Source: Gammaproteobacteria bacterium (lineage in GTDB: Bacteria > Pseudomonadota > Gammaproteobacteria > VBWC01). From it: a stretch of DNA of 64,000 nucleotides. The position numbers and the translations under genes are program-made. Positions 18,035 to 27,851 of this stretch are shown piece by piece (within the stretch, counting starts at the first letter, position 1; each line of letters begins with the position of its first letter). The stretch spans positions 75,572 through 139,571 of the forward strand of contig VBWC01000010.1 in NCBI GenBank assembly GCA_006218035.1, written 5' to 3'. Below the pieces are notes generated by a model that saw only the letters and a program-made list of their open reading frames with translations, was not told the DNA's origin and ran no database searches.

Positions 18035-19780
18035 ATGGAAAAGGCACCGTTACCAAACCGACCGAAGCATCGCCCTGTCCGGCACCCGCGCTGGCGGCGT
18101 TACCTGCCGAATCCATGGGTGGCCGGAACCGTCGCGATCGCGACCTTGATCGCATTGCCGGTCATTACCGTTACAAGTTTCATCTTCGTTCCCGCCGGCG
18201 AGGTCTGGGATCATCTCGTTGCCACCGTCCTGCAGGACTACATCGTCAACTCCCTGATATTAATGGTGGGTGTCGCGGCCGGCACGCTGATCATCGGCGT
18301 CAGCACCGCCTGGCTGACGACCATGTGCAGCTTTCCCGGCCGCCGCATTTTCGAGTGGGCACTATTGCTGCCGATGGCATTCCCGGCCTACATCATCGCC
18401 TACACCTATACCGGCCTGCTGGATTTTGCCGGACCGGTGCAGACCGCCTTGCGTGAGTGGTTTGCCTGGTCGTACGGCGATTACTGGTTTCCCGAGCTCC
18501 GCTCGATCGGCGGCGCCATCGTCATGTTGTCACTGGTGCTGTATCCGTACGTATACCTGTTGTCGCGCGCGGCGTTTCTCGAGCAGTCGTCGCACGCGAT
18601 GGACGCGAGCCGCATGCTCGGCTGCGGCCCGTGGCGCAGTTTCCTGCTGATATCGTTGCCCTCGGCGCGTCCTGCGATCATCGCCGGTCTGTCACTCGCG
18701 CTGATGGAAACCCTGGCCGATTACGGCACCGTCCAGTATTTCGGTGTCAGTAATTTCACGACAGGGATATTCCGCACCTGGTTCGGCCTCGGCGACGCTG
18801 CCGCCGCCGCGCAGTTGTCCGCACTGTTGATGACGTTCGTGTTCGCGCTGATCGTGATCGAACGCTGGTCACGCAGCCGGGCACGCTATCACATGACCGG
18901 CCAGCGCTCGACACCGTTGCCAACATACCGGTTGCGTATCGGCAAGACCTGTCTGGCGTGGCTCGCGTGCGGCCTGCCTTTGACGCTCGGTTTTTTGTTA
19001 CCCGGCGGCCTGCTGGTCAGTTGGTCCATGGCGACGGCGGCATATGTGGTGGATGACCGGTTCTGGCAACTCGTGTTCAACAGTGTCACGCTCGCTGGTT
19101 CCGCGGCGCTGTTCGCGTTGTTGCTGGCGCTATACATGGCCTACAGCAAACGCCTTACCGGCGGCATGGGAACCAACTCGGCGGTACGACTGGCCGCCAT
19201 GGGTTATGCGATACCGGGGACCGTGATCGCGGTCGGCGTGATGCTGCCGTTCGGCTGGTTTGATAACACGATTGATGCATGGGCACGCGAGACCTTCGGC
19301 GTTTCCACCGGGCTGCTGCTCAGCGGTACATTGTTCGCCGTTATGTTTGCCTACATGGTGCGGTTTCTCGCCGTCTCGCTGCAGACCGTTGAGGCCGGAC
19401 TCGGCAAGATCCGGCCATCGATGGATGAAACAGCACGCTCGCTCGGGCATCGCCCGCTCGAGGTACTGGGCAGGATACATCTGCCGCTGATGCGGGGCAG
19501 CGTGTTGACCGCGATATTACTGGTGTTCGTTGACGTCATGAAAGAGCTGCCGGCGACCTTGATCTTGCGGCCGTTCAACTTCAACACGCTGGCGGTGCGC
19601 GCCTACGAACTGGCGACAGACGAACGGCTGATGGATGCGTCCTCCGCCGCGGTCGCCATCGTGGCAGCGGGCATACTACCGGTGATCCTGCTGAGCCGTT
19701 CGATTACACGTTCCCGATCTGCGCTGCAGGGCAGAACAGCGATCACGGAAACTGCCAGGATGGCGGCCCAGCCGGCATAG
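18035..19780 (+). CDS. fbpB: Fe(III) ABC transporter permease with duplicated permease domains (FbpB family)
   Basis: 581 aa. Two BPD-transporter-like permease halves, each with an EAA-like loop (ALMETLADYGT and VDVMKELPATLILRP). Confidence 0.8.
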   Translation: MEKAPLPNRPKHRPVRHPRWRRYLPNPWVAGTVAIATLIALPVITVTSFIFVPAGEVWDHLVATVLQDYIVNSLILMVGVAAGTLIIGVSTAWLTTMCSFPGRRIFEWALLLPMAFPAYIIAYTYTGLLDFAGPVQTALREWFAWSYGDYWFPELRSIGGAIVMLSLVLYPYVYLLSRAAFLEQSSHAMDASRMLGCGPWRSFLLISLPSARPAIIAGLSLALMETLADYGTVQYFGVSNFTTGIFRTWFGLGDAAAAAQLSALLMTFVFALIVIERWSRSRARYHMTGQRSTPLPTYRLRIGKTCLAWLACGLPLTLGFLLPGGLLVSWSMATAAYVVDDRFWQLVFNSVTLAGSAALFALLLALYMAYSKRLTGGMGTNSAVRLAAMGYAIPGTVIAVGVMLPFGWFDNTIDAWARETFGVSTGLLLSGTLFAVMFAYMVRFLAVSLQTVEAGLGKIRPSMDETARSLGHRPLEVLGRIHLPLMRGSVLTAILLVFVDVMKELPATLILRPFNFNTLAVRAYELATDERLMDASSAAVAIVAAGILPVILLSRSITRSRSALQGRTAITETARMAAQPA

Positions 19781-19792
19781 ACAGGTGTCAAT

Positions 19793-20863
19793 ATGGATGC
19801 TGAATATATTAAAGTGACGCTAATGCCTCTGCTGCAAGTCAACGTCGTCGAGATCCGTTACAAGAATACGGTGGTCACCTCTGACCTCTCGTTTCATGTT
19901 AACGAAGGCGAGATTGTCAGCCTGCTCGGGCCGAGCGGCTGCGGCAAGACCAGCATACTGCGCGCGATCGCGGGGTTTGAGCCTGTCCGCGAGGGCGAAA
20001 TTTTTCTTGCCGATCAATTAATGTCCTATCCGGGCTACGTCGTTCCGCCGGAGCAACGCCGCCTCGGCATGGTGTTCCAGGACTACTCGCTGTTTCCGCA
20101 CATGACGATACAGAAAAACATCTGCTTCGGCTTGCGCGGTCTGAGCAACCGCGCACAAATTCGCGTCACCGACGAAATGTTGACCATGGTCGGATTGCCT
20201 GGCTACAACAAGCGCTATCCGCACGAACTTTCCGGCGGGCAGCAGCAACGTGTCGCGCTCGCGCGCGCTCTCGCCGTGAAACCGCGCCTGCTGCTGATGG
20301 ACGAACCGTTCTCAAGCCTGGATGTCGAACTGCGCGCACGCCTGAGCTTCGAGGTCCGGGAAATACTCAAGGAGCAAAAGATCACCGCGATTCTCGTGAC
20401 GCATAATCAGCTTGAGGCGTTTGCGATGTGTGACATGGTCGGCGTGATGAACCACGGACGTATCTTGCAGTGGGACACGCCGTTCAATCTGTATCACGAG
20501 CCGGCCGACCGCTTTGTCGCCACCTTTATCGGCCAGGGCGTATTCCTGCAGGGCACTGTACTGACGCCGGATTCCGTGGACACCGAAGCAGGAGTTATCC
20601 AGGGCGACGCGCCACTGGAGTGGCCCGCCGGTACATCGGTCGATGTCCTGGTACGACCGGATGACGTGGTACCCGACGAGCACGGACCGCTGCACGGCAA
20701 GATCGTCAACAAGGTCTTCAAGGGCGAGGACGTGATGTATACGCTGCAATTGCCGAACGGCGCCAGCGTAATGTCCGTATTTCCGAGCCACGAACAATAT
20801 GACATCGGCGCCATGATCAATGTGCGCATCGCGGCGGATCACGTCGTCGCATTCGCCCGCTAA
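19793..20863 (+). CDS. fbpC: Fe(III) ABC transporter ATP-binding protein (FbpC family)
   Basis: 356 aa. Walker A GPSGCGKTS, signature LSGGQQQRVALARAL, Walker B LLLMDEPFSSLD, and a C-terminal TOBE-like domain. Confidence 0.8.
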   Translation: MDAEYIKVTLMPLLQVNVVEIRYKNTVVTSDLSFHVNEGEIVSLLGPSGCGKTSILRAIAGFEPVREGEIFLADQLMSYPGYVVPPEQRRLGMVFQDYSLFPHMTIQKNICFGLRGLSNRAQIRVTDEMLTMVGLPGYNKRYPHELSGGQQQRVALARALAVKPRLLLMDEPFSSLDVELRARLSFEVREILKEQKITAILVTHNQLEAFAMCDMVGVMNHGRILQWDTPFNLYHEPADRFVATFIGQGVFLQGTVLTPDSVDTEAGVIQGDAPLEWPAGTSVDVLVRPDDVVPDEHGPLHGKIVNKVFKGEDVMYTLQLPNGASVMSVFPSHEQYDIGAMINVRIAADHVVAFAR

Positions 20864-20865
20864 CA

Positions 20866-20894
20866 CGCCGGGCGGGGTCCGCGCCCGGCGTGCC
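20866..20894. terminator. GC-rich inverted repeat between convergent fbpC and the OMP gene (possible bidirectional terminator)
   Basis: cacgccgggcg-gggtccg-cgcccggcgtg perfect 11-bp stem. No clear U-run. Confidence 0.35.
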
Positions 20895-20905
20895 GCTGGA
20901 TTCAT

Positions 20906-22078
20906 TCAGCGCAGGTAACCGTGCTCCAGATTCAGGATTGAATTGCGCTCGCCGATGTTGTTGTTGAACGTCGTCTCCAGACTGAACGCAATGCCCAGCT
21001 GGATAACGTTATCTTCCCCGCCACCGTATAACGCGCCGTCATAACCGGTATGGATATACTGCGCGATCAGATCGGTGCCCTGCCCGATCCGGCATACGAC
21101 CGCCGGCGCGATACTCCACTGGGCGGCATCGGTGATATCGGAATACTCCTTCCGCGCCACCGTCATGGACGCCTGCCAGCGCGTCAGCAGATTCGGCCGC
21201 AACGTATGCCGCACCGACGCCACCAACGCCGTTGACCGCGCGCGCGCCTGATTGGCCATCGCGTTGACGGTGCTGTTGATATCCGTCGCCGTCATGCCGT
21301 CAATACCGGCGTTGTGAATCGCCTGAAATGCTGCCGACCAGTTGGACGCCGGATTCATATTGAGATTGAACTCGACGCCGGCGATCAACGCGTTCATCCA
21401 CTCGTCACCCGCGGTCGTCGCTACCTTCTGTCGGTCCAGCAGGACGCCGGCTTTCGTCAGACGCATCACCAGACGACGGTGTTCCGCCTGCTCATGGACA
21501 AAACCCAATCCAACACTGTCAAATCCATCCGGCGCCGCAAGCCCTGCGCTATTGCCGCGTGTTCCCGCCCAGACAGACGCGCTCTGAATACCGCCGCCGG
21601 GAAACCATTTCGCTGTAAACATCGGCGCGTGCAGCTGATCGAACTCCGCGTTCGACGAGGCATTGCCAACGTGGGTCACCGCCAGCAGGTCTTCGTCACG
21701 TATGGTCGGAAATGTGATCAGGGAATTGCGCAGATCCATGCGGCCGATACTGATCTCATAGCCCTCATCCCAGAGGAACGCATAGACGCGGTGAAACTCC
21801 ACGGTGTGCTCGTTGTCCTCGAACCCGAGCACCGCTCCCGCCACGCCGGACGTATACAGCCGCTTGTCAAAGCGTAATAAAAGCGAAGAATCGTCGATAT
21901 CGATCTCGTCCGCGCGGGCGGGCTTCGAATCGAGATCGACGTTGTCGAGCGTGCTGATCACGCGGCCCGCGACCGTGATACGCGGCATCACTTCGCGGTC
22001 CACTTCCAGCGCCTGCGCCTGCTGAAAAAACAACGCAGCGAGCAGCCCGGCCAACGTGATCGTGGTAACAATATTCAT
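20906..22078 (-). CDS. Putative outer-membrane beta-barrel protein (CopB-like position downstream of the multicopper oxidase)
   Basis: The internal Met at 22076-22078 gives a signal peptide (MNIVTTITLAGLLAALFFQQAQA). The alternative upstream start at 22141 would overlap the MCO. Alternating amphipathic strands; ~390 aa. Confidence 0.4.
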   Translation of the reverse strand: MNIVTTITLAGLLAALFFQQAQALEVDREVMPRITVAGRVISTLDNVDLDSKPARADEIDIDDSSLLLRFDKRLYTSGVAGAVLGFEDNEHTVEFHRVYAFLWDEGYEISIGRMDLRNSLITFPTIRDEDLLAVTHVGNASSNAEFDQLHAPMFTAKWFPGGGIQSASVWAGTRGNSAGLAAPDGFDSVGLGFVHEQAEHRRLVMRLTKAGVLLDRQKVATTAGDEWMNALIAGVEFNLNMNPASNWSAAFQAIHNAGIDGMTATDINSTVNAMANQARARSTALVASVRHTLRPNLLTRWQASMTVARKEYSDITDAAQWSIAPAVVCRIGQGTDLIAQYIHTGYDGALYGGGEDNVIQLGIAFSLETTFNNNIGERNSILNLEHGYLR

Positions 22079-22091
22079 GGCTGCGCTCCTG

Positions 22092-23459
22092 TCACTGATC
22101 GACCGATACGGCCGGACGGTAGGTCGGTTCAAAGTCCTCATAGGCCAGCATCGTCACCATACCCCCCGGATAGATCCCGTTGTTTCTGGCGTGCGACCCC
22201 TGGTGGTCGTGAAACGCCCAGTACCCGGGATTGTCACCATGAATCATGATGTCGTAGGTACCACCCGGCTCGACATGCACCGTGTTGAGTTTCAGCGGCA
22301 TCGGCAGATCATGCCCGTCCTGCGCGACCCAGAAAAAATCGTGGCCGTGCAGATGCAGGTGATAACTTTCACCGCTGGCATTGATCAGGCGCACGCGTAT
22401 CCATTCGTCTTTCTTGATGCGGAGCGCACTGGTCGCCGGATGCGCCTTGCCGTTAATACCGAAGAAATTGGGCCTGATCGGAATGCCGGATGAGCGGCTC
22501 TCCAGGTACGGCGGTACGTACTTGCCGCTTTTGTAGGCAGCGACAAATTCCTCGTAGCTGCGAAAGAAACCGTGCGTCATCGGGTCCAGGCGCCCCTGCG
22601 CCATCAGCGTGTTGACCTGCTTCATACCCTCGAGCAGACCGTTCATCTCCTCGCGCGCGAAGTGGGTGTCCCATGCCTCGAGCATCAGCGTGTATTCGCG
22701 CGTGTAGGGATACTGCTCCTTCAGGCGCTCATGTTTACGCTGGATGATGAATGCGCCGTGCATGCCGTGACCCATGTGCAACGGCGTACCCCAGTGACAG
22801 TGGTACCAGTGCGTACCGGCCGGTTTCGCCTGGAAACGATAGACAAAGGTATGGCCGGGATGGACCGGATCCTGATTGAGCATCGGCACACCGTCCATCG
22901 TGTACGGGACGTTGACGCCATGCCAATGTATCGTGTGCATCTCTTCGGTGTTGTTCAGGAAATTCACCTTGATCCAGTCACCCTCGGTGACGTTGAATAC
23001 CGGGCCCGGCACGCTACCGTTGAAGGCAAACATATGCACTTTCACACCCGGCAGGATTTCGTGCTCGATGATGCGCACATCGATATCGAACACCTGATAG
23101 TCGACTTCATGATCGGCCGGCGACCCGGGCGGCTCGATGACCATGCCGGTCGGCATGTGATGTCCCTCCATGAATATCATCGAGCCATACTCCGACGCAC
23201 CGTTCCCCATGGAGGCATGGTCCATCATCGGGGGCCCGTCCGGCAGCGACGGCGCCGCCGGCATCGCGCCCTGACCGGCAGCAGGATTCATCTCGTGACC
23301 GCCGTGAGTCATCTCGCCCGCCACCGCCCGGCCGGCCACCACACCGCCGGCAAGTAACGCCGTGGTGCGCAAAAACTGCCGTCGTGATATCGACCCGGCT
23401 GGCTCGTCGGTCACCTCGGTAACCGTCGCCCTGCCCATCCTCGCAGACCCGTTATTCAT
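22092..23459 (-). CDS. Tat-secreted two-domain multicopper oxidase (cupredoxin family; CopA/ferroxidase/NirK-like)
   Basis: 455 aa. Twin-arginine signal (SRRQFLRTTALLAGG). Met/His-rich N-terminal segment. Cu-site motifs HWHG, YHCHWGTPLHMGHGMHGAFII (T1 Cys), HLHLHGHDF and HDHQGSH. Confidence 0.7.
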   Translation of the reverse strand: MNNGSARMGRATVTEVTDEPAGSISRRQFLRTTALLAGGVVAGRAVAGEMTHGGHEMNPAAGQGAMPAAPSLPDGPPMMDHASMGNGASEYGSMIFMEGHHMPTGMVIEPPGSPADHEVDYQVFDIDVRIIEHEILPGVKVHMFAFNGSVPGPVFNVTEGDWIKVNFLNNTEEMHTIHWHGVNVPYTMDGVPMLNQDPVHPGHTFVYRFQAKPAGTHWYHCHWGTPLHMGHGMHGAFIIQRKHERLKEQYPYTREYTLMLEAWDTHFAREEMNGLLEGMKQVNTLMAQGRLDPMTHGFFRSYEEFVAAYKSGKYVPPYLESRSSGIPIRPNFFGINGKAHPATSALRIKKDEWIRVRLINASGESYHLHLHGHDFFWVAQDGHDLPMPLKLNTVHVEPGGTYDIMIHGDNPGYWAFHDHQGSHARNNGIYPGGMVTMLAYEDFEPTYRPAVSVDQ

Positions 23460-23476
23460 TCACACAGCCCTCCAGG

Positions 23477-24190
23477 TTAAATCCAATCCAGCCGATCGGG
23501 CGCTTGCTTGCGCCAGGTAAAATGCTCATAAACACCGGACCAGTACATGCCAAATGCCGTCGCAAAAAGCAGTTCCTCCACCGGCATGAACCCCGCTTTC
23601 CACCCGGACAGCGCGGCAAGATTCCAGACGCGATCGATATAGCCCGGCGCACTCCACTCCAGGCCGGCGAGAAACACCGCGTAACCAACGAGAAACAATA
23701 TGCCGCCGATCCATGTCTTCCGCGCGAGATCCGGACGACACAGGACGTTGGCAACCAAGCCAATGATCATCGCAACAATTCCCGGGTAAATCGGGTTCCA
23801 CGGAAAGAAATATAAAAGCGGAAACGCAATGAACGGCGCCGACAGCGCCTTGTAATGATGGCGATGCAACGGTATACGGCGCTCCGCCGCCTCAACCGGT
23901 CTCGGCACCCTGCCGGTAATCAGATTATAGAAAACCCCCGCAATGCCGCCGATACCAAAACAGAAGATCAGGCTTTCGATATCAAAGCCCGTATTCACGG
24001 CGAGATCAAACAAACTCGGCGGCGACCAGTACTCCGGAACAAACAACGGTTCGGTCAAGCCGAACGGCATGGTAAACAGACTGGCCCACAACATCGCCCG
24101 GCGATGCGCCGGGAAAAATGCGTATACCGCCGCCCACGGTACGAGAAACGCACTCGACCAGATCAGCCACACGTATTGATCAGACGCCAC
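23477..24190 (-). CDS. Polytopic membrane protein of unknown function
   Basis: 237 aa. About 6 hydrophobic helices, Trp/Phe-rich. Confidence 0.4.
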   Translation of the reverse strand: MASDQYVWLIWSSAFLVPWAAVYAFFPAHRRAMLWASLFTMPFGLTEPLFVPEYWSPPSLFDLAVNTGFDIESLIFCFGIGGIAGVFYNLITGRVPRPVEAAERRIPLHRHHYKALSAPFIAFPLLYFFPWNPIYPGIVAMIIGLVANVLCRPDLARKTWIGGILFLVGYAVFLAGLEWSAPGYIDRVWNLAALSGWKAGFMPVEELLFATAFGMYWSGVYEHFTWRKQAPDRLDWI

Positions 24191-24263
24191 CAGGCTTTTC
24201 CATCATGACCGCTATTGGGAAGTTGCGCGGGCTGTTGTGGTGGACCAGATTTTCCGGCGATGT

Positions 24264-25961
24264 CTAGCGCACATAGGTCTCCGACGCATAACGACGCATC
24301 ATGCGATGACTGTTGAAGAACGAGGCGCTCTTGGCGATCGTGCCTTTCATGACGGCGATCCATCCGGCGCGGTCCTGGTAGTAGAGCGGTACCACCACCT
24401 GCTCGAGTTTCTGATACAGCGCGGCAGCGTCGCCGTCGGCCGCATCGATGTCATCGCCGATCGCCCAGCCGGTAACGCCCTCGATACAGCCCTCGACCCA
24501 CCAGCCATCCAGCACACTGAGCTGCGGCACGCCGTTGAACGCGGCCTTCATGCCGCTGGTGCCGCTCGCCTCATGGGGACGCAACGGTGTATTCAGCCAG
24601 ACATCGACACCGGCCACCATCGTCAGCGCGGTATCCATGTCATAGCCGGGTAGATAGGCCATCGTGACCACGCCGGCGAGTTCCTTGACATGCGCGTGCA
24701 ACGTTTCGATCAGACGCTTGCCCGGCTCATCGCGCGGATGCGCCTTGCCGGCTACCACCAGCTGAATCGGATGACGCGCGGCGAGATTCTTCAGGCGCCC
24801 AAGATCCGAGAACAACAGATCGGGCCGCTTGTACGCCGTCATGCGCCGGCCGAAACCGATCGTCAAATGGTCTGGCTGTAACATGATGCCGGTACGTTCT
24901 TTTACGGCGTCGACAAGCGCGCGCTTGGCTTCAACATGCGCCTCCCAGATGGCGGTATCCGCCATGCAGCAGTCGGCGCGCACCAACAGCTCGGGCTCAT
25001 GACACCAACCGGGAAACTTGGCGTCGTAGAGCCGGCGAAAACTCGCACTGGTCCAGGTAAACGGGTGCACGCCGTTGGTCACCGCGTGGACACGGTAACC
25101 CGGAAACATGTGCCGCGAGACCTCGGCATGGCGCTTGGCAACACCGTTGATGTATTCGCTCAGATTGAGCGCCAGCCTGGTCATGTTGAGATGATCGTCG
25201 CCCGCCAGGCGTTTGAGCGTTGTGAGATCGATAACATCGCCAAGCGTGCGCTGCACCAGGTCGTAGGAAAAACGGTCGTGCCCGGCCTCCACCGGGGTAT
25301 GAGTCGTGAAACAACACAGCTCGCGCACGCGCGGAATGTCGTACGGCGATTCACCCGGCCGGAGATCCTCGGCCGGGCGGGCATACCGGCGCAGCAACTC
25401 GACGCCAAGCAACGCCGAGTGCCCCTCATTCATGTGATACTCGCGCACCTCAAAGCCAAGCGCCTGGAGCATGCGCACACCACCGATGCCCAGCACGATC
25501 TCCTGCCGCAGCCGGTAGGCATTGTCACCGCCGTAAAGCGTTTGCGTGATGCGCCGGTCTTCGTCGCTGTTCTGCTCGATATCGGTATCCAGCAGAATCA
25601 CCGGCTGCGCGCCGCCCATGTGACCCTTCACGACATAGCACCAGCCGCCAACCCACACGCCGCGGCCTTCGATCGTCACCGCCACCATGGCTTCCAGACG
25701 CTCGGCCCAGAGTGCGGGCTCCCAGGCTGACGGTTGTTCGGTCTGCCGGCCCTGGTCATCGAGCGTCTGGCGGAAATAGCCGGCGGTACTCACCAGCGTC
25801 ACCGCCACCAGCGGCACCTCCAGATCGGCCGCGGAACGCAGGGTGTCCCCGGCGAGAACACCCAGCCCCCCGGCATAGGTCGGGATATCGTTGCGCAGCG
25901 CTATCTCCATCGAGAAATAGGCGATGCGCGGCTCATGCCGGAAGGCATCGATCGCGGACAT
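24264..25961 (-). CDS. Alpha-glucan family phosphorylase (GT35, glycogen/maltodextrin phosphorylase-like, short form)
   Basis: 565 aa. N-terminal [24 protein letters not shown], the block [14 protein letters not shown] (pyridoxal-phosphate Lys region) and [17 protein letters not shown], typical of GT35 phosphorylases. Confidence 0.75.
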   Translation of the reverse strand: MSAIDAFRHEPRIAYFSMEIALRNDIPTYAGGLGVLAGDTLRSAADLEVPLVAVTLVSTAGYFRQTLDDQGRQTEQPSAWEPALWAERLEAMVAVTIEGRGVWVGGWCYVVKGHMGGAQPVILLDTDIEQNSDEDRRITQTLYGGDNAYRLRQEIVLGIGGVRMLQALGFEVREYHMNEGHSALLGVELLRRYARPAEDLRPGESPYDIPRVRELCCFTTHTPVEAGHDRFSYDLVQRTLGDVIDLTTLKRLAGDDHLNMTRLALNLSEYINGVAKRHAEVSRHMFPGYRVHAVTNGVHPFTWTSASFRRLYDAKFPGWCHEPELLVRADCCMADTAIWEAHVEAKRALVDAVKERTGIMLQPDHLTIGFGRRMTAYKRPDLLFSDLGRLKNLAARHPIQLVVAGKAHPRDEPGKRLIETLHAHVKELAGVVTMAYLPGYDMDTALTMVAGVDVWLNTPLRPHEASGTSGMKAAFNGVPQLSVLDGWWVEGCIEGVTGWAIGDDIDAADGDAAALYQKLEQVVVPLYYQDRAGWIAVMKGTIAKSASFFNSHRMMRRYASETYVR

Positions 25962-25970
25962 GCCGGTGTG

Positions 25971-26225
25971 CTACGGCGAGCCGAACAGGCGCATGTCGAT
26001 TTCCGCCTCCGCCTGCAGCCAGTCGTCCAGCGCCGCCTCCCCCTGGAAACCGCGCTGCTCCGCGATCAGATACGCCGCTTCGGCAATCAAACCGTGCCGC
26101 TCCTCCGGGGTGGTCGCCCGCGCCGCCTTGCGTCCCGCTGCCCGGCGCCCGGTGCCGGCCGTCTTGCTGCCGGGCGCTTCTTTCGCCACCGTTCTCGTTA
26201 CCGTTGATTTCTCGCTGTGTGCCAT
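25971..26225 (-). CDS. DUF2934 family small protein
   Basis: 84 aa. C-terminal EERHGLIAEAAYLIAEQRGFQGEAALDDWLQAEAEI matches the DUF2934 signature (ERIRERAYEIW...HWLEAE). Confidence 0.55.
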   Translation of the reverse strand: MAHSEKSTVTRTVAKEAPGSKTAGTGRRAAGRKAARATTPEERHGLIAEAAYLIAEQRGFQGEAALDDWLQAEAEIDMRLFGSP

Positions 26226-26275
26226 TGACGCTTGTGTTTCACTCCCTTTTTCCTACACCCCGCGTTCAGCCTGCC
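26164..26275. repeat. Direct repeat copy 1 (~112 bp), covering the 5' end and upstream region of the DUF2934 gene
   Basis: Identical apart from a 5-bp indel to 28933..29049 (cttgctgccgggcgcttctttcgccaccgttctcgttaccgttgatttctcgctgtgtg...cactccctttttcctacaccccgcgttcagcctgc). Confidence 0.9.
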
Positions 26276-26505
26276 AAATCCCGTTTTTTCTCCTCGTACT
26301 CCTCACGATCCAGGTCACCACGGGCGTAGCGTTCCTGGAGTATCTGCAAAGGCGTTTTGTCCGTCGCGGGCCGACCGACCGCACTATCGCCAAAAACCCA
26401 TTTCCACAACGCAAAACTCCCGAGTATTGCAAGTATCGAGAAAATCAGCAGGTGCAATATCCCGACTGCCATCAACCAGCCGTGTTGCCCGTCATCAAAC
26501 CACAT
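26266..26505 (-). CDS. SHOCT-domain small membrane protein
   Basis: 79 aa. One TM helix, then C-terminal LQILQERYARGDLDREEYEEKKRDL (SHOCT motif). Confidence 0.55.
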   Translation of the reverse strand: MWFDDGQHGWLMAVGILHLLIFSILAILGSFALWKWVFGDSAVGRPATDKTPLQILQERYARGDLDREEYEEKKRDLAG

Positions 26506-26581
26506 AATTCCCTCCGTTGATCATCGTCGACAACGGCATCCACATGCTACATCAGCGTATGGCTGCCGGTTGCCGCCACGG

Positions 26582-27250
26582 TTATTCCCTTGCCGCCCCA
26601 AAGACCGGGATAAAGGCGGGAGTATGCGCCGCATAGCGCGCATACTCTGCGGCGAATGCCTGACGTACCTCTGCCTCCTCGCGTCGGGCAAGCCGCAAGT
26701 ACATGTAAACCAGCAGCGGAAACATCGCGAGTGTCAGGATCGTCGGCCATTGCAGCAGAAAGCCGAACATGATCATCACAAATGCGACGTATTGCGGATG
26801 GCGTATCCGCGCATAAGGGCCTGTCGTTGCCAGCGTGCCTGTAGTCTGCGCGGCGTAAAGCACACGCCACGCCAAAGAGAGCAACCAGAACCCGCCGCCG
26901 ATGAACACCATGCTGGCCACATGAAACGGCCCCCAGTGCGGATTGGCGCGCCAGCCGAACAGCATTTCCAGCAAATGCCCCGCATCATGGGAAAGCCAGT
27001 CCACTTGCGGATAGTTGGTCTGCAGCCAGCCGGAAAGAAAGTAGATGGTCAGCGGGAAACCATACATCTCAGTGAACAGCGCAACGAGAAACGCCGAGAA
27101 GGCGCTGAATGAACGCCAGTCACGTTTCGTCTGCGGCTTGGAAAAGCTGAAGGCAAAGAAGATGAAAATCGCCGAATTGAGGATCACCAGTGACCACAGG
27201 CCGTAGGCAGGCGCGGTTTCAGTCATGTTTGTGCCCTCCACCATGGTCAC
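26582..27250 (-). CDS. Isoprenylcysteine carboxyl methyltransferase (ICMT)/phospholipid methyltransferase family membrane protein
   Basis: 222 aa polytopic. C-terminal TTGPYARIRHPQYVAF...EE motif typical of the ICMT family. Confidence 0.65.
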   Translation of the reverse strand: MTMVEGTNMTETAPAYGLWSLVILNSAIFIFFAFSFSKPQTKRDWRSFSAFSAFLVALFTEMYGFPLTIYFLSGWLQTNYPQVDWLSHDAGHLLEMLFGWRANPHWGPFHVASMVFIGGGFWLLSLAWRVLYAAQTTGTLATTGPYARIRHPQYVAFVMIMFGFLLQWPTILTLAMFPLLVYMYLRLARREEAEVRQAFAAEYARYAAHTPAFIPVFGAARE

Positions 27251-27434
27251 GATGCATAAAGAGATGCATCAACGGACAAGCGAGCAGCAACAGATAAGGC
27301 AACACACCGAACGCATGGGCGCGATGCTCGCTGAAAAGGAAAAACGCGGCGATGGCGAAAAAGCCGATCAATATCCAGTTGACCCTGGTCTTGCCGCCGT
27401 GCGCCGGAGGATGTTCATGGGTATCAGGCATCAT
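27219..27434 (-). CDS. DUF2933-like small membrane protein
   Basis: Start at the internal Met-Met (27434). WILIGFFAIAAFFLFSEHRAHAFGVLPYLLLLACPLMHLFMHRDHGGGH resembles DUF2933 proteins. Confidence 0.45.
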   Translation of the reverse strand: MMPDTHEHPPAHGGKTRVNWILIGFFAIAAFFLFSEHRAHAFGVLPYLLLLACPLMHLFMHRDHGGGHKHD

Positions 27435-27603
27435 GCCACCTCGACAATTAAATACGTTGAACTGGCTGCCATCAATGCAGGGCGGGTGAGTTGCATGCTG
27501 TTCGCAATGTAACCCGCCAACGGTGCCGCCAGGCACTCATTAAAAAACAATTTGTGTGCTTCGCACGCTGAGGTTCGTCATTATTCATAGCAGTATCAGT
27601 CCT

Positions 27604-27792
27604 TCAGTTTGCGGGCGTTTCATCGCCCTTTTTCACTTTTTCCTGTTGGGGGCACTGCCGACAGTTTTCTTCACCGACAGTGGGGGGTACCGATCCCTGT
27701 GTTTGCCCCGCCATACCATGCCCGCCCATCATGGGCAGATGGCCAGCGCCTAAAACTATTAACAGAATCATAATGCCTATCATGACTGCCAT
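27604..27792 (-). CDS. Hypothetical small membrane protein
   Basis: 62 aa. N-terminal TM helix, Gly/Met-rich, C-terminal CRQCPQQ. Weak evidence. Confidence 0.25.
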   Translation of the reverse strand: MAVMIGIMILLIVLGAGHLPMMGGHGMAGQTQGSVPPTVGEENCRQCPQQEKVKKGDETPAN

Positions 27793-27851
27793 TTTTTAAG
27801 ACCTCATTTTTAGCAAACCCGCATCGCGGGCTTCATTCAGAACACATGTGC

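Noticed and set aside
22092-23459. Calling the multicopper oxidase a copper nitrite reductase (nirK)
   Set aside because: The YHC...H...GM block is NirK-like, but the second domain has an HLHLHGH laccase-type motif and the protein is longer. It is kept as a generic two-domain MCO.
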